This document shows, in pieces, positions 52,545-63,647 of a stretch of 64,000 nucleotides of DNA. A program made the translations under genes and the position numbers. The stretch spans positions 40,797,975 to 40,861,974 of the forward strand of contig NC_068982.1 in assembly GCF_001194135.2 (NCBI RefSeq), written 5' to 3'. This DNA is from Octopus bimaculoides (taxonomy: Eukaryota). How positions within the stretch are numbered: the first letter of the stretch is position 1; each line of letters starts with the position of its first letter. A model generated the notes under the pieces. That model saw only the letters and a program-made list of their open reading frames with translations. It did not search any database and was not told the origin of the DNA.

Positions 52545-52860
52545 AACACCAACAAATTCCCACTAACTATGTCTTGTAATTCAGAAGTCGTGATTTAAAA
52601 ACAGAGGTTACTTCTACCAAGCTAAATCTCAGCACATGCTCAAATGCTACATAGGTATGACTGAAGGAAGATTCAAATATAAATACTATAACTAAACTTT
52701 TTTAATCACATCGTTAAGAGAAACATGACTAAATTAACCGACTACTAGAAATGGAAAGAAAATGGTTCAAATTATAACAACAAATAGACTATTAGTAAAA
52801 GATCGAGACCTTGCATTTGTGGAAAGTAAAGATGTGATAATTATCCTTAAAAAAACTCTA
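52545..52860 (+). mobile_element. Degenerate Penelope-like GIY-YIG domain (type with a C-terminal Cys cluster)
   Basis: FPL..SC...VI*K.EVT, CYIGMTEGRFK, KRNMTKLTDY, RPCICGK*RCD. Confidence 0.75.
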
Positions 52861-53265
52861 ATAATACTTTGCCTTCTGCTTCGATGCTAGTGCTGAAATT
52901 TTCGAAAATGTTGACACTTTGAGAAATGCTTATTACATAAGTAGATCAAAGTATCACTGAATGACTAAATACTCGTATACTTACAAAAACACGTTTGCTT
53001 ATTTATTACAATGCGCTTGTGTGTGTATGTGTGTGTGGGGGGAAGTACAGACTGTGTATATGTGTGTGTATACTCTTATCATTATTCGGTTTTTACTTTA
53101 CTCTTTTTCTTCTTTCCGGCCTCCCACCGCTTCTACCTCTCCTTTAAAGTCGGTGTAAGGAAGGAAAACTGGGTTTCTTTTTTTCCTTTTTGCAAGTATA
53201 TTTAGTCATGTAGTGGTGGTATGCTCTATTTACTTAACAAGTGCTTCTCAAGGTGTCTACATTTA

Positions 53266-53299
<34 letters not shown>

Positions 53300-53302
<3 letters not shown>

Positions 53303-53504
53303 GGTGAGCCAAAAGTAGCTATACACTTTGAAATTCGTTCATTTATTACTTTTACATTCATTTATTACAATTACATTTATGAAACACAGTTTAATCTCAT
53401 AAATGGTCGAAATGTCGTCCTTCAACATGGGAACATTCTTCAAACCTCCCAGAACACTGTAACACACAGCACATTATTCACGGTACCTGTAAAAATCGAA
53501 TAAG
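53300..53504 (-). mobile_element. Tc1/mariner 3' end
   Basis: TA-flanked TIR cagggtgagccaaaagt; minus strand reads ..GRFEECSHVEGRHFDHL*; runs into a gap. Confidence 0.8.
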
Positions 53505-55140
53505 NNNNNNNNNNNNNNNNNNNNNNNNNNNNNNNNNNNNNNNNNNNNNNNNNNNNNNNNNNNNNNNNNNNNNNNNNNNNNNNNNNNNNNNNNNNNNNNN
53601 NNNNNNNNNNNNNNNNNNNNNNNNNNNNNNNNNNNNNNNNNNNNNNNNNNNNNNNNNNNNNNNNNNNNNNNNNNNNNNNNNNNNNNNNNNNNNNNNNNNN
53701 NNNNNNNNNNNNNNNNNNNNNNNNNNNNNNNNNNNNNNNNNNNNNNNNNNNNNNNNNNNNNNNNNNNNNNNNNNNNNNNNNNNNNNNNNNNNNNNNNNNN
53801 NNNNNNNNNNNNNNNTATATATATGTATGTATTTATGTATGTATATATAACCTAGCTAATAATAGCCGATATAAACGTTCTTGGCTGATTGATTGATTTC
53901 TCCAGTCGTGCTTTGATCAAATAGAAAGAAGAGTGAGAAAATAAAGTGAAGTACAGAAAGAATGGGAACATGAGGGATAAAGCCAGGGATGAAAGAGCGA
54001 CAGTTCGGAACAATATTTAAAGTGTAAAAAAGAAAATATAGCAGAATTAAGAATAATAAAGCAAAGTAGAGGGAGTAAAGGGGGGTAGAAAAGAGCGTAG
54101 TGAGAGAAGGTGATATGATGCTGGGAGAGAGAGATTAATGGAGAAGGTAAAACGTAAAGGAAAGAGGAATAGGAAGAAGGCGATAGGTAAAGAAATACAC
54201 AGAGGAAGGGAAGCAGTCAATTATGGAAGAATAGTATACGTTTGAAATGTTTTATGAAAAACAATGGGACTGGAGTAATAAAGAGAAGAAACATTAATTG
54301 AAAAAGGGTATTTAAACAGTTCGAAGTGTAAAACAATGTTTTATCATCGTCTCTATGAAATTTTGTTTTGCTGAGACGAATAAACAAACGTATAAATACG
54401 TTCCTAGCTGATGTAAACAGAGGAATATATCCGTATTAGGAAGTAAGAATATAAATACAGACACTTAGAAATGTGTGGGTGGGTGGGGGGTATGCACGCG
54501 AAAATATAGACAGACACATAAGTATACAAGATATGGATGCAAACGCAAATACAAACACATACACGTGCACACATACGCATACATTCACGGATATACCGCA
54601 TATACATGTATACATACATATATATATATATTTACACACACACATACACGTATATATGCGTGCGAATACTAATTTTCAAAAGAAAAATTTATTACCTTAA
54701 AATCAATATATATACATATATATATATATTTACACACACACATACACGTATATATGCGTGCGNNNNNNNNNNTATCCGTATTAGGAAGTAAGAATATAAA
54801 TACAGACACTTAGAAATGTGTGGGTGGGTGGGGGGTATGCACGCGAAAATATAGACAGACACATAAGTATACAAGATATGGATGCAAACGCAAATACAAA
54901 CACATACACGTGCACACATACGCATACATTCACGGATATACCGCATATACATGTATACATACATATATATATATATTAATTTTAAGGTAATAAATATATT
55001 TTTTGTTTGAAAATTGGTATTTATGTCATCGTTTTTTTTTTTATGAACACCAAGAAATTTAATAAAAATGAAATTATGTATACCATATTTCCTAATATTA
55101 CCCATGGTTGGTATACAAGACAGTGTTACCTATCATATCA

Positions 55141-55455
55141 TTTATGTGCTTCGAGATACACCATTCCGAAAACGAATTATTTCATGTTCTTTCGAAAGTC
55201 TATAAATTTCTTAAGACGTCAACAGCATACAATTCTCGCTGGTAAGAATAAAGCTTCTAAAATGGAGACAGAAATTCGAAAGAATGCTTTGGTCTAATGG
55301 CAGAAAGCCCGTCATGTCAACAGGAAATGTGGGTTCGAGTCCATCGGCCAGCCTACAAATCTTTCAATTCCAAAAGGGTTTTTTTTTCCAACCTAATATC
55401 TACATGCCACTACTTATAGCTTTATGTGCTTCAAGATACCCCATTCCAAAAGACA
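55141..55455 (+). pseudogene. tRNA-Thr-derived pseudogene in a 280-bp tandem-type unit
   Basis: A box tggtctaatgg, cccgt-catgtca-acagg, B box ggttcgagtcc, downstream T-run; a 33-bp segment repeats at 55141 and 55421. Confidence 0.6.
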
Positions 55456-55622
55456 ATATTTATATATAATAAGCATAAATAATTGAATAGTGGGCTTTAT
55501 ACATTTATTTGTGCATTATAGCCTTACAGTTGTTTCAGATATTCACTCATGGTTCAGTTTCATCAATTGATCGAGTGAAAAGATAGTGAACGACCATTGC
55601 AATGCTATCTTCGTCAGAGTCC

Positions 55623-55689
<67 letters not shown>

Positions 55690-56158
55690 TATATATGGGA
55701 GAATTTACGAAAAAAACAAAAACAGACGAGGACAGCACTGTAATGGTTTTTATAGTTGTCTAACATTATCTGATATTTTAATTTTCGTATAATTTAAAAG
55801 CAATTATTTTGCTTTCATTTTTTTTTTCTTTAGGAGAATAAGCTCTGCTAATTCTCTGATGAGTAGCTAATTAGCCATGAAACGTGTTAAGATTTCTTTC
55901 ACGTTTCTTTTGGCGAGGAGAATAACATATTGTTTTTATATTTGTCTACTTCTTATTGTGCTGGTGATAAATACTATAGATCAGCTATATTAAACTTATC
56001 TCGTATGCTTGAGCATAAATATTTATTTAGAAATAAATGACGCCACCAACAAATTCTGGAAAAGCAAATTAGTCTAGCCATTTATATATTTGTATATGTA
56101 TCATTCTGTACATATGTCCGTGTTGTGTCTGTGCCAGTGCATGATTATATATATATCT

Positions 56159-56204
<46 letters not shown>

Positions 56205-56432
56205 TGAAAGTACTCCTTTTTATTATCAACACAATTTTACACACTGTCTCATACTGATAAAACTCGATGACTCATATTGACACTTTACTATATTAATTGC
56301 CTAAAGCCTGACCTGTGTATTTTTTAACACGGCACATAGCTGTCGTGTTTCGTATTAAATAGTTTTAAAAATTCGGCATTGCATCATTTCCTTTAACAAA
56401 CCGGCATCTAAAATATGTGTGTCCCTATCTAT

Positions 56433-56482
<50 letters not shown>

Positions 56483-56523
56483 CCCCACCTAGATATAGAT
56501 ATATATATATATACATATATTTA

Positions 56524-57279
56524 CAGGATATGATGGGTAAATTGTCATCATTTCATATTTCCAATTTCGCACATACGCATTGTTTGTTTTTTATTTTGTC
56601 GACTACACAGTATAGTAGGGTAAGTTGGGCACCGTCTGTTTGAAAAACAGCACCATGATACAATTCACTCTGCTAGAAATTTGGAAACGACATGCTGTAC
56701 TGCTTCGCATTCGCACCGGAAGCTCCAATACGAAAATTTCAGAGTGTTTGAGTCTCAATCTGAGGACAGTGCAATCTGAGGACATGTACCGAGAGTGATA
56801 AAAATCAAACAGCCAGTCAACATGGGTGACTGATGAGAGACCCTATGTCTGGAACAGGACTCTGCACAATGCCACACATGCAGGAGAACCCAGTCATGGC
56901 TGTCAGACAATTTCTGCAACCACATCACCCCTAACATCTGGCCACCTAACTCCCCAGACTGCAACCCACTTGATTATTATGTGTGAGGCGCAATTGAGGG
57001 AGAGACCAGCAAAACTCCTTGTAATACCAAAGATGAACTGAAGGCAAGGATTATGGTAGCACACACCGATTTAAACAAGGAGACCGTCCAGATGAGTTGC
57101 AGGAGATTCCGAAGCCGTCTGGAGGCCATGGTTGAAGCCAACGACGATTTTATTGAAAAAATTTAGTCTTTAATATTTCAGGATATTTTTATGTAATTTG
57201 GTAAATATATCTGTTGAAATGAGATGTCAGAGTTTTCATTTTTGCGTAATTTAGACGACAGTTTATTCACCGCACCCTG
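56524..57279 (+). mobile_element. Internally deleted Tc1/mariner element, DD37D (maT-type)
   Basis: TA on both sides, imperfect TIRs, N-terminal segment MIQFTL..LNLRTVQ joined to QDSA..WPPNSPDCNPLDYYV with 37 residues between the last two Asp. Confidence 0.92.
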
Positions 57280-57331
<52 letters not shown>

Positions 57332-57387
57332 TTATATATATATATATCCTTATATATATACACACACACACACATAATATATATCTT

Positions 57388-57431
<44 letters not shown>

Positions 57432-57771
57432 TCTTTATATCTAAATATATGTATACATATACACATATATATCTACATATATGTACGCATGTATGTATGT
57501 ATGTATGTATGTATGTATGTATGTATGTATGTCTACACATACTCTTAGCATCTCCGACTATCTTCACATATCAAGCCAGTCAGCTATGCACATCATTATG
57601 GAAAAAATTTAATCTATTTTTCTTTATGATGGAACAAAGCGGAAAATAATTAGTTGGACAAGTTTTGTAATACAGATTTATCAGCCGTTGACCCTGCTGA
57701 TATACAGCTTCACTCATAAAACACTGCGTCACTCGATGTGTGTGTGAGTGAATGAGTGAGTGAGTGAGTGA

Positions 57772-57807
<36 letters not shown>

Positions 57808-57956
57808 ATGCGTAGGTGTGTGCGTGAGTGTGCGTGCGCGCGTGTAATTACAATCGTGAATACCATCAAACGAACAGTCTTACGCGTCGGCGCAGGCACA
57901 ACAGCCTTGTGCTTTCAGAAGTTCCCCTATCGGCTATATTGTCCTTGACTCTAAGC

Positions 57957-58451
57957 CAATGGTTCTCAACCGGGGTCCATTTGACCCCCTGAGGGTCCAT
58001 ATAAGATTTTGTGGGGTCCATGCCAGCAAAATAGTAAATTGGTGATTCACGGTTGTATCTTAAGATTCATGAAAAAATGTTTGCTTTAGATGTATCCATT
58101 TCAAGAAACAGTTCAGTTTCTTTCTCTAAGGGCAATCGCAACGGAATATTTATTAAAGACCGTTATACAACAAACATACTAATATATACGTGTGCGTGTG
58201 TCTATGTATAATATAAAAAAAAAAGAGTAAAGAGCCCCTTCTGTCATGAATGGCCATGAGATTGCACTTAGAAAGTTACCCTCCGAGGCACAAGTCCATG
58301 CAAGACTGTTTTATGGAAGACCGGCAGTTACTCATGCATACCAGTCTCTCCTTTCCACACCACTGATGTTATCCAAGTGTAGGTAAAGGCCGATACAGCT
58401 TGGCACCAGTGACGTCACAACTCATCTCTACAGCTGAATCATATATATATA

Positions 58452-58494
<43 letters not shown>

Positions 58495-58945
58495 TGATAG
58501 TAAAACGAATGGTTTATACCTGATCGCTTACTGGTAAAGCACGGTCATTTTCACGGTGTTCGTTATGTATCGGGTTAATAAGAGACGGAAGATGGAAGAT
58601 ACGAGAGTTTTTATTTACCACTACAATCGTTTCTGTGCTAGATGTATCGAAACAATTGTAGTGATTAATAAAAACTCTTGTATCTTCCATCCTCCGTCTC
58701 TCTTTAACCATATATGTATATATATATATATATAAAATTCAACATGTTTCCGGTCACTGAAACATATTCTCCCAGATAAAGATATTGCAAACCTACACAA
58801 ATGGCTGGATGAAAAGCAAAATAGGAATTTTGAAAGAAGCGTCTGTAAAACTAGTTTTTAAACATTGAAAGGCTATGGTGGGGGTTCACCAGAATAAAAT
58901 AGTAATCAAAGGGGTCCATAGATAAAAAATGGTTGAGAACCATTG
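57957..58945. mobile_element. hAT (Charlie-like) non-autonomous element with nested insertions
   Basis: 15-bp TIRs caatggttctcaacc / ggttgagaaccattg; TSD ctctaagc / ctctaagt. Contains a repeat at about 58230-58435 and a hairpin at 58573-58709. Confidence 0.9.
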
Positions 58946-59794
58946 CTCTAAGTTATTGCATGGCACCATTGGCAAATGTTTAGCCTCGAGTTGACCAATG
59001 CTTTGTGATGGAAAATTTAGAAGGAAATTGTACAGAAATCTAAAGCTTAGCGTATGTATATATTTGCGTTTAGTTTTGTTTTGGTTGGGTTATTTTTGTT
59101 TGTTTTGTTTTGTTTTCATGCCAGCCTAGATTACTTGAATTTTATTTAAGAATATATTCTTCGGCTGGATGTTCTTTGTCACTAACCCTTACTTGTATTT
59201 CACGTAAAATAGTTCTTTAATCCACCTGTCGTCACATGTTGGTGCTAGCAACGATCCGCTGAATTGATATTCACACACACATACACACACACACATCCGT
59301 ACATACGTACATACATACATACATACATACATACATACATACGTACATACATATATACACCTAATAAAAGCGTGCGCTTTGACTCCAAACATCTGATGAG
59401 ACGGAACTGTCCAACGCGCCCACGAAACTTTAAGTCATGTGAAGATGTATCCAACTGTTATAAAATTAGTGTATCTCTAATGAAATGTGTTGAGTGCTAC
59501 TTTCGTTCGTTCACTCAATGACAGGTTTTCTCACTTTCCGTCTGCAACTCTATTTACCAAGACGCTGGTCATTGACCGGTTTAAAGCTAAAGTTACAGTT
59601 GCCTAAGATGCTACACAATGTTATCTCGAATGCTTGTGTGTGTTTGTGTGTGTGTGTCAGTGTATTTCTGTGTGTCCGGGTGTGTATATGTATATATACC
59701 CACACACATATATACATATGCACACGCACACACACATCTATATATATATACACACACACATACATATACACAAATACACATATATATATACACT

Positions 59795-59832
<38 letters not shown>

Positions 59833-59856
59833 TATACACATACACACATATAAATA

Positions 59857-60174
59857 CTGTGGATCTCGATTTACGAACAGCTCTCGTCACGAACAAATCA
59901 GTTTACAAACAATTTTTCGAGCATAAAATGTCTCGGGTGACGAACTGTGTCTCGAGTAACGAAGACGCAATCCGGCAACAACGATTAGTGACAAACTGGA
60001 AGTGTCAGCGGGAGACCATCAGTTGCTATCTAATGTTCATTCAGTGTACATCCCTGCTCGAATTTGCCATGCCTCCTCTTGAATTTTGTTTGGGAAAAAC
60101 GGTTTCAGTTTATGAACATTTCAGGTGACGAACGGCCTTCAGGAACGAATTAAATTTGCAAACGAAGGTTTCAC

Positions 60175-60176
<2 letters not shown>
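59857..60176. mobile_element. Tigger/pogo-type MITE, 320 bp
   Basis: TA-flanked imperfect TIRs ctgtggatctcgatttacgaac / tttgcaaacgaaggtttcacta. Confidence 0.75.
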
Positions 60177-60210
<34 letters not shown>

Positions 60211-60899
60211 CTAGCCATACAGCCATGACATTCTTTTGCTTATTAATTTGGTATGGAATGAGTTTTGAGATTACATACTATTGAACTAATCGATATAATT
60301 ATTGTTGAAACAAGTAATTTACAGCTGGATGCTGCTCTTCCTATTGCTAACCACAGTTTTGTTAAGTAGAAAGGGTTTGTCGGCCAGGCAGACTGGGGCA
60401 AGAAGAGTTGTGTGCCTTACCTAGGAGCATGATGCAATAGCTTCGGGAGTAAAGTTTCAACTCATAACTATTGCATCCCAGTTGATAACACCAACAAAAA
60501 ATAGCTTCGCTTTTATCTAACAACTAAAGTTGCTTTGTGTCTCTATTCTAGGGAATTGAAAAACCTTTTGAGAATTTTTGCATAATGGCATCTAATAAAA
60601 TTTATTGATAAAGTTAATTGTTTATATTCTTCCCAGTTTAGTTCCCTTAAATTATCCACACTTTAATCAATATAATGGAAAATATTCCAAAGTCTCTTGA
60701 TACTGATCATAGAGTGTCATTATTGATTTTGGCAGGAATTTAATGTTGATCATAACATATTTTTTCAAGAAAAAGTACAACATAATGGTAGTTTTAGTAC
60801 TGCTAATTCATACTGATTTCTCACAATACCCAAGTATTCAGTAAAAGGAATGTAGCAATCATATGATTCTGCAGAGATCTAAATCTGATCTAATATATC

Positions 60900-61265
60900 A
60901 TCTTTTTGGTACCAATCTGCCCAAGATCACTTCTGGTTCTATGATACAAACTTCCTGTTTTAAAGTGAGCTAAATGAAAACTTTCCATCAAAATTCCATG
61001 TTAATTTACATTGCAAACATCAGCTTAATAATAACAGTTATTTCAATAAATTCTTCATTATCTTCAAAAGTTATTTCAAATAAAAGCAGTATATTTCAAC
61101 AGAAATATGGTAACAAAATTAGAGCTAGAATGATCTAAATTAAAACCTTCCATCAAATTTTCATACTAATTTATGTTCTAATTACCAGTTTAATAATGAC
61201 AGCTATTTCAATAAATTCCTTATTATTTTCATATATCAACAGAAATATGGCACCAAAAGAGTTAA
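60900..61265. mobile_element. piggyBac-type MITE remnant with internal tandem duplication
   Basis: Ends cttttggtacca / tggcaccaaaagagTTAA; internal units about 60967-61120 and 61132-61258. Confidence 0.5.
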
Positions 61266-61790
61266 TAACGTTGATTATAAAGTACACAAATTTGTCTATA
61301 TTTAAGAAATCCTTGAAATTATTCAAGCAAAGAATTAATGTTGATCTCAGATTTTTAACAAAAATTTATTGATATCTAATAATTTCTTTGCCCAAATTGG
61401 TCATTTACAGTTCCATTGCAAATGGAAAACTGTTGATCTTTTCATAATTACTGGACAGAAACTGTGTTGCAGTACAGGTAGAACACCAATATTCTGCAAC
61501 CCTTTGGTTTCAAATCTTTCCTGGGTTACTGATATTTTTTCTGGACTAGTGGGTGGTCATACTCTAAATTAAACAAATATTAAATTTACTTAAATGAAAT
61601 ACAGGTATCTGTACATTAGTATAAATGATACAAATTTATTGATACTATACCGAGCAAGGTACTAGTCTTTGCAAGGTACCAATAAACTGGACTAGGAGCT
61701 ATGGAAATTTGAAGTTCCTGCTCCTAAATTTGTGTGGATTATAAGAGGTTCCAAACCATCAGTGTCTAAAAAGCCAGTGTTGTGCCTTTT

Positions 61791-61990
61791 ATCTTTTACT
61801 TGTTTCATCATTGGACAGCAGCCATGTTAGGCCATCACCTTGAAGAATGTTTAGTTAAAAGTATCAACCACAGGATTTATTCTTTTTAGAGACTGGTACA
61901 TATTCCATCAGTCTCTTACACTGAACTGTTAAGTTATTAGAACATAAACACACCAGCACTGGTTGTCAAGCAATGTTGGGGGAAAAACAC
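61791..61990 (-). mobile_element. Family B SINE 3' part
   Basis: Tail and body followed by the central (CA)n-derived array. Confidence 0.7.
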
Positions 61991-61999
61991 ACACACAAA

Positions 62000-62037
<38 letters not shown>

Positions 62038-62794
62038 AATGCACACACACACACACACACAATAATGCATACACACACACACAACACACACAATAATGCA
62101 CACACACAATAATGCACACACACACACACACACACACACANNNNNNNNNNNNNNNNNNNNNNNNNNNNNNNNNNNNNNNNNNNNNNNNNNNNNNNNNNNN
62201 NNNNNNNNNNNNNNNNNNNNNNNNNNNNNNNNNNNNNNNNNNNNNNNNNNNNNNNNNNNNNNNNNNNNNNNNNNNNNNNNNNNNNNNNNNNNNNNNNNNN
62301 NNNNNNNNNNNNNNNNNNNNNNNNNNNNNNNNNNNNNNNNNNNNNNNNNNNNNNNNNNNNNNNNNNNNNNNNNNNNNNNNNNNNNNNNNNNNNNNNNNNN
62401 NNNNNNNNNNNNNNNNNNNNNNNNNNNNNNNNNNNNNNNNNNNNNNNNNNNNNNNNNNNNNNNNNNNNNNNNNNNNNNNNNNNNNNNNNNNNNNNNNNNN
62501 NNNNNNNNNNNNNNNNNNNNNNNNNNNNNNNNNNNNNNNNNNNNNNNNNNNNNNNNNNNNNNNNNNNNNNNNNNNNNNNNNNNNNNNNNNNNNNNNNNNN
62601 NNNNNNNNNNNNNNNNNNNNNNNNNNNNNNNNNNNNNNNNNNNNNNNNNNNNNNNNNNNNNNNNNNNNNNNNNNNNNNNNNNNNNNNNNNNNNNNNNNNN
62701 NNNNNNNNNNNNNNNNNNNNNNNNNNNNNNNNNNNNNNNNNNNNNNNNNNNNNNNNNGCCCATGTGTGTGTGTATGTTTGTGTATCTGTGTTTG

Positions 62795-62967
62795 CCTCCA
62801 CCAACATCACTTGACAACCGATGCTGGTGTATTTATGTCCCCGTAACTTAGCAGTTTGGCAAAAAGAGCGTAATAGAACAAGTACTAGGCTTACGAAGCA
62901 TAAGTCCTCGACTAAAGGCGATGTTCCAGCATGGCCACAGTCAAATTACTGAAACAAATAAAAGAAT
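62795..62967 (+). mobile_element. Family B SINE 3' part
   Basis: Body and tail preceded by (GT)n. Confidence 0.85.
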
Positions 62968-63012
62968 ATATATATATATATATTAGAAGGTTTGGAGGTG
63001 ATGTACAGGAAT

Positions 63013-63270
63013 TATATATTAGAAAAAATAATAAGGTACTCAGATATCTGGATGGTTGTACATTTACAGATTTTTATTAATATGTCACATGTTTTTATAA
63101 ATCATATATTAGCACGTGCATCTATTCTAGTAGACACTCCAGATTTGGAGAATCTACTAGAATAGATGCAAGCGCTAATATATGATTTATAAAAACATGT
63201 GACATATTAATAAAAATCTGTAAATGTACAACCATCCAGATATCTGAGTACCTTATTATTTTTTCTAATA

Positions 63271-63274
<4 letters not shown>
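63013..63274. repeat. 262-bp near-perfect palindrome
   Basis: Arms 63013-63134 and 63153-63274 are complementary with 2 mismatches; the centre pairs further (ctcca/tggag). Confidence 0.97.
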
Positions 63275-63328
<54 letters not shown>

Positions 63329-63647
63329 TACATGTATAAATATATATATTAAATACAATGGCTTAAGCCTACGGTCATTAACAACATGCTGTAGTAAAAC
63401 AGAGCAAAACAAGGTTTTTTTTTAACAAGATACACCTTGCAAGATGACTTGGTGAGACACTTCTGTACCAAAGAATGCTCCACAACCAATTGTACAGTAT
63501 CCCACCTGCAAGGAATCGCTGCAGGATGAGTTGAAACGATCATTCTGATCAATAAAGTTTCTCATATATTCCTTTTTCTGTCTCTATCATTAGTTATATA
63601 TAACTACATATATGTATAAATGTGTGTGTGTGCATGCGCGCACAGAA

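Noticed and set aside
52545-52860. Possible selenocysteine-type (Naiad-like) PLE
   Set aside because: Cys positions use TGT/TGC; no TGA at conserved Cys sites is visible.
53900-54320. About 400-bp purine-rich tract
   Set aside because: Ordinary low-complexity sequence with no periodicity or defined ends.
54428-54975. About 200-bp exact direct duplication (54428-54630 and 54773-54975)
   Set aside because: Identical copies on either side of a 10-N gap; most likely unmerged contig overlap.
55520-55580. Possible next GARNL3 exon (LFQIFTHGSVSSIDR)
   Set aside because: No similarity to the expected LISSDADG..GRFRVE segment and no good donor before the stop.
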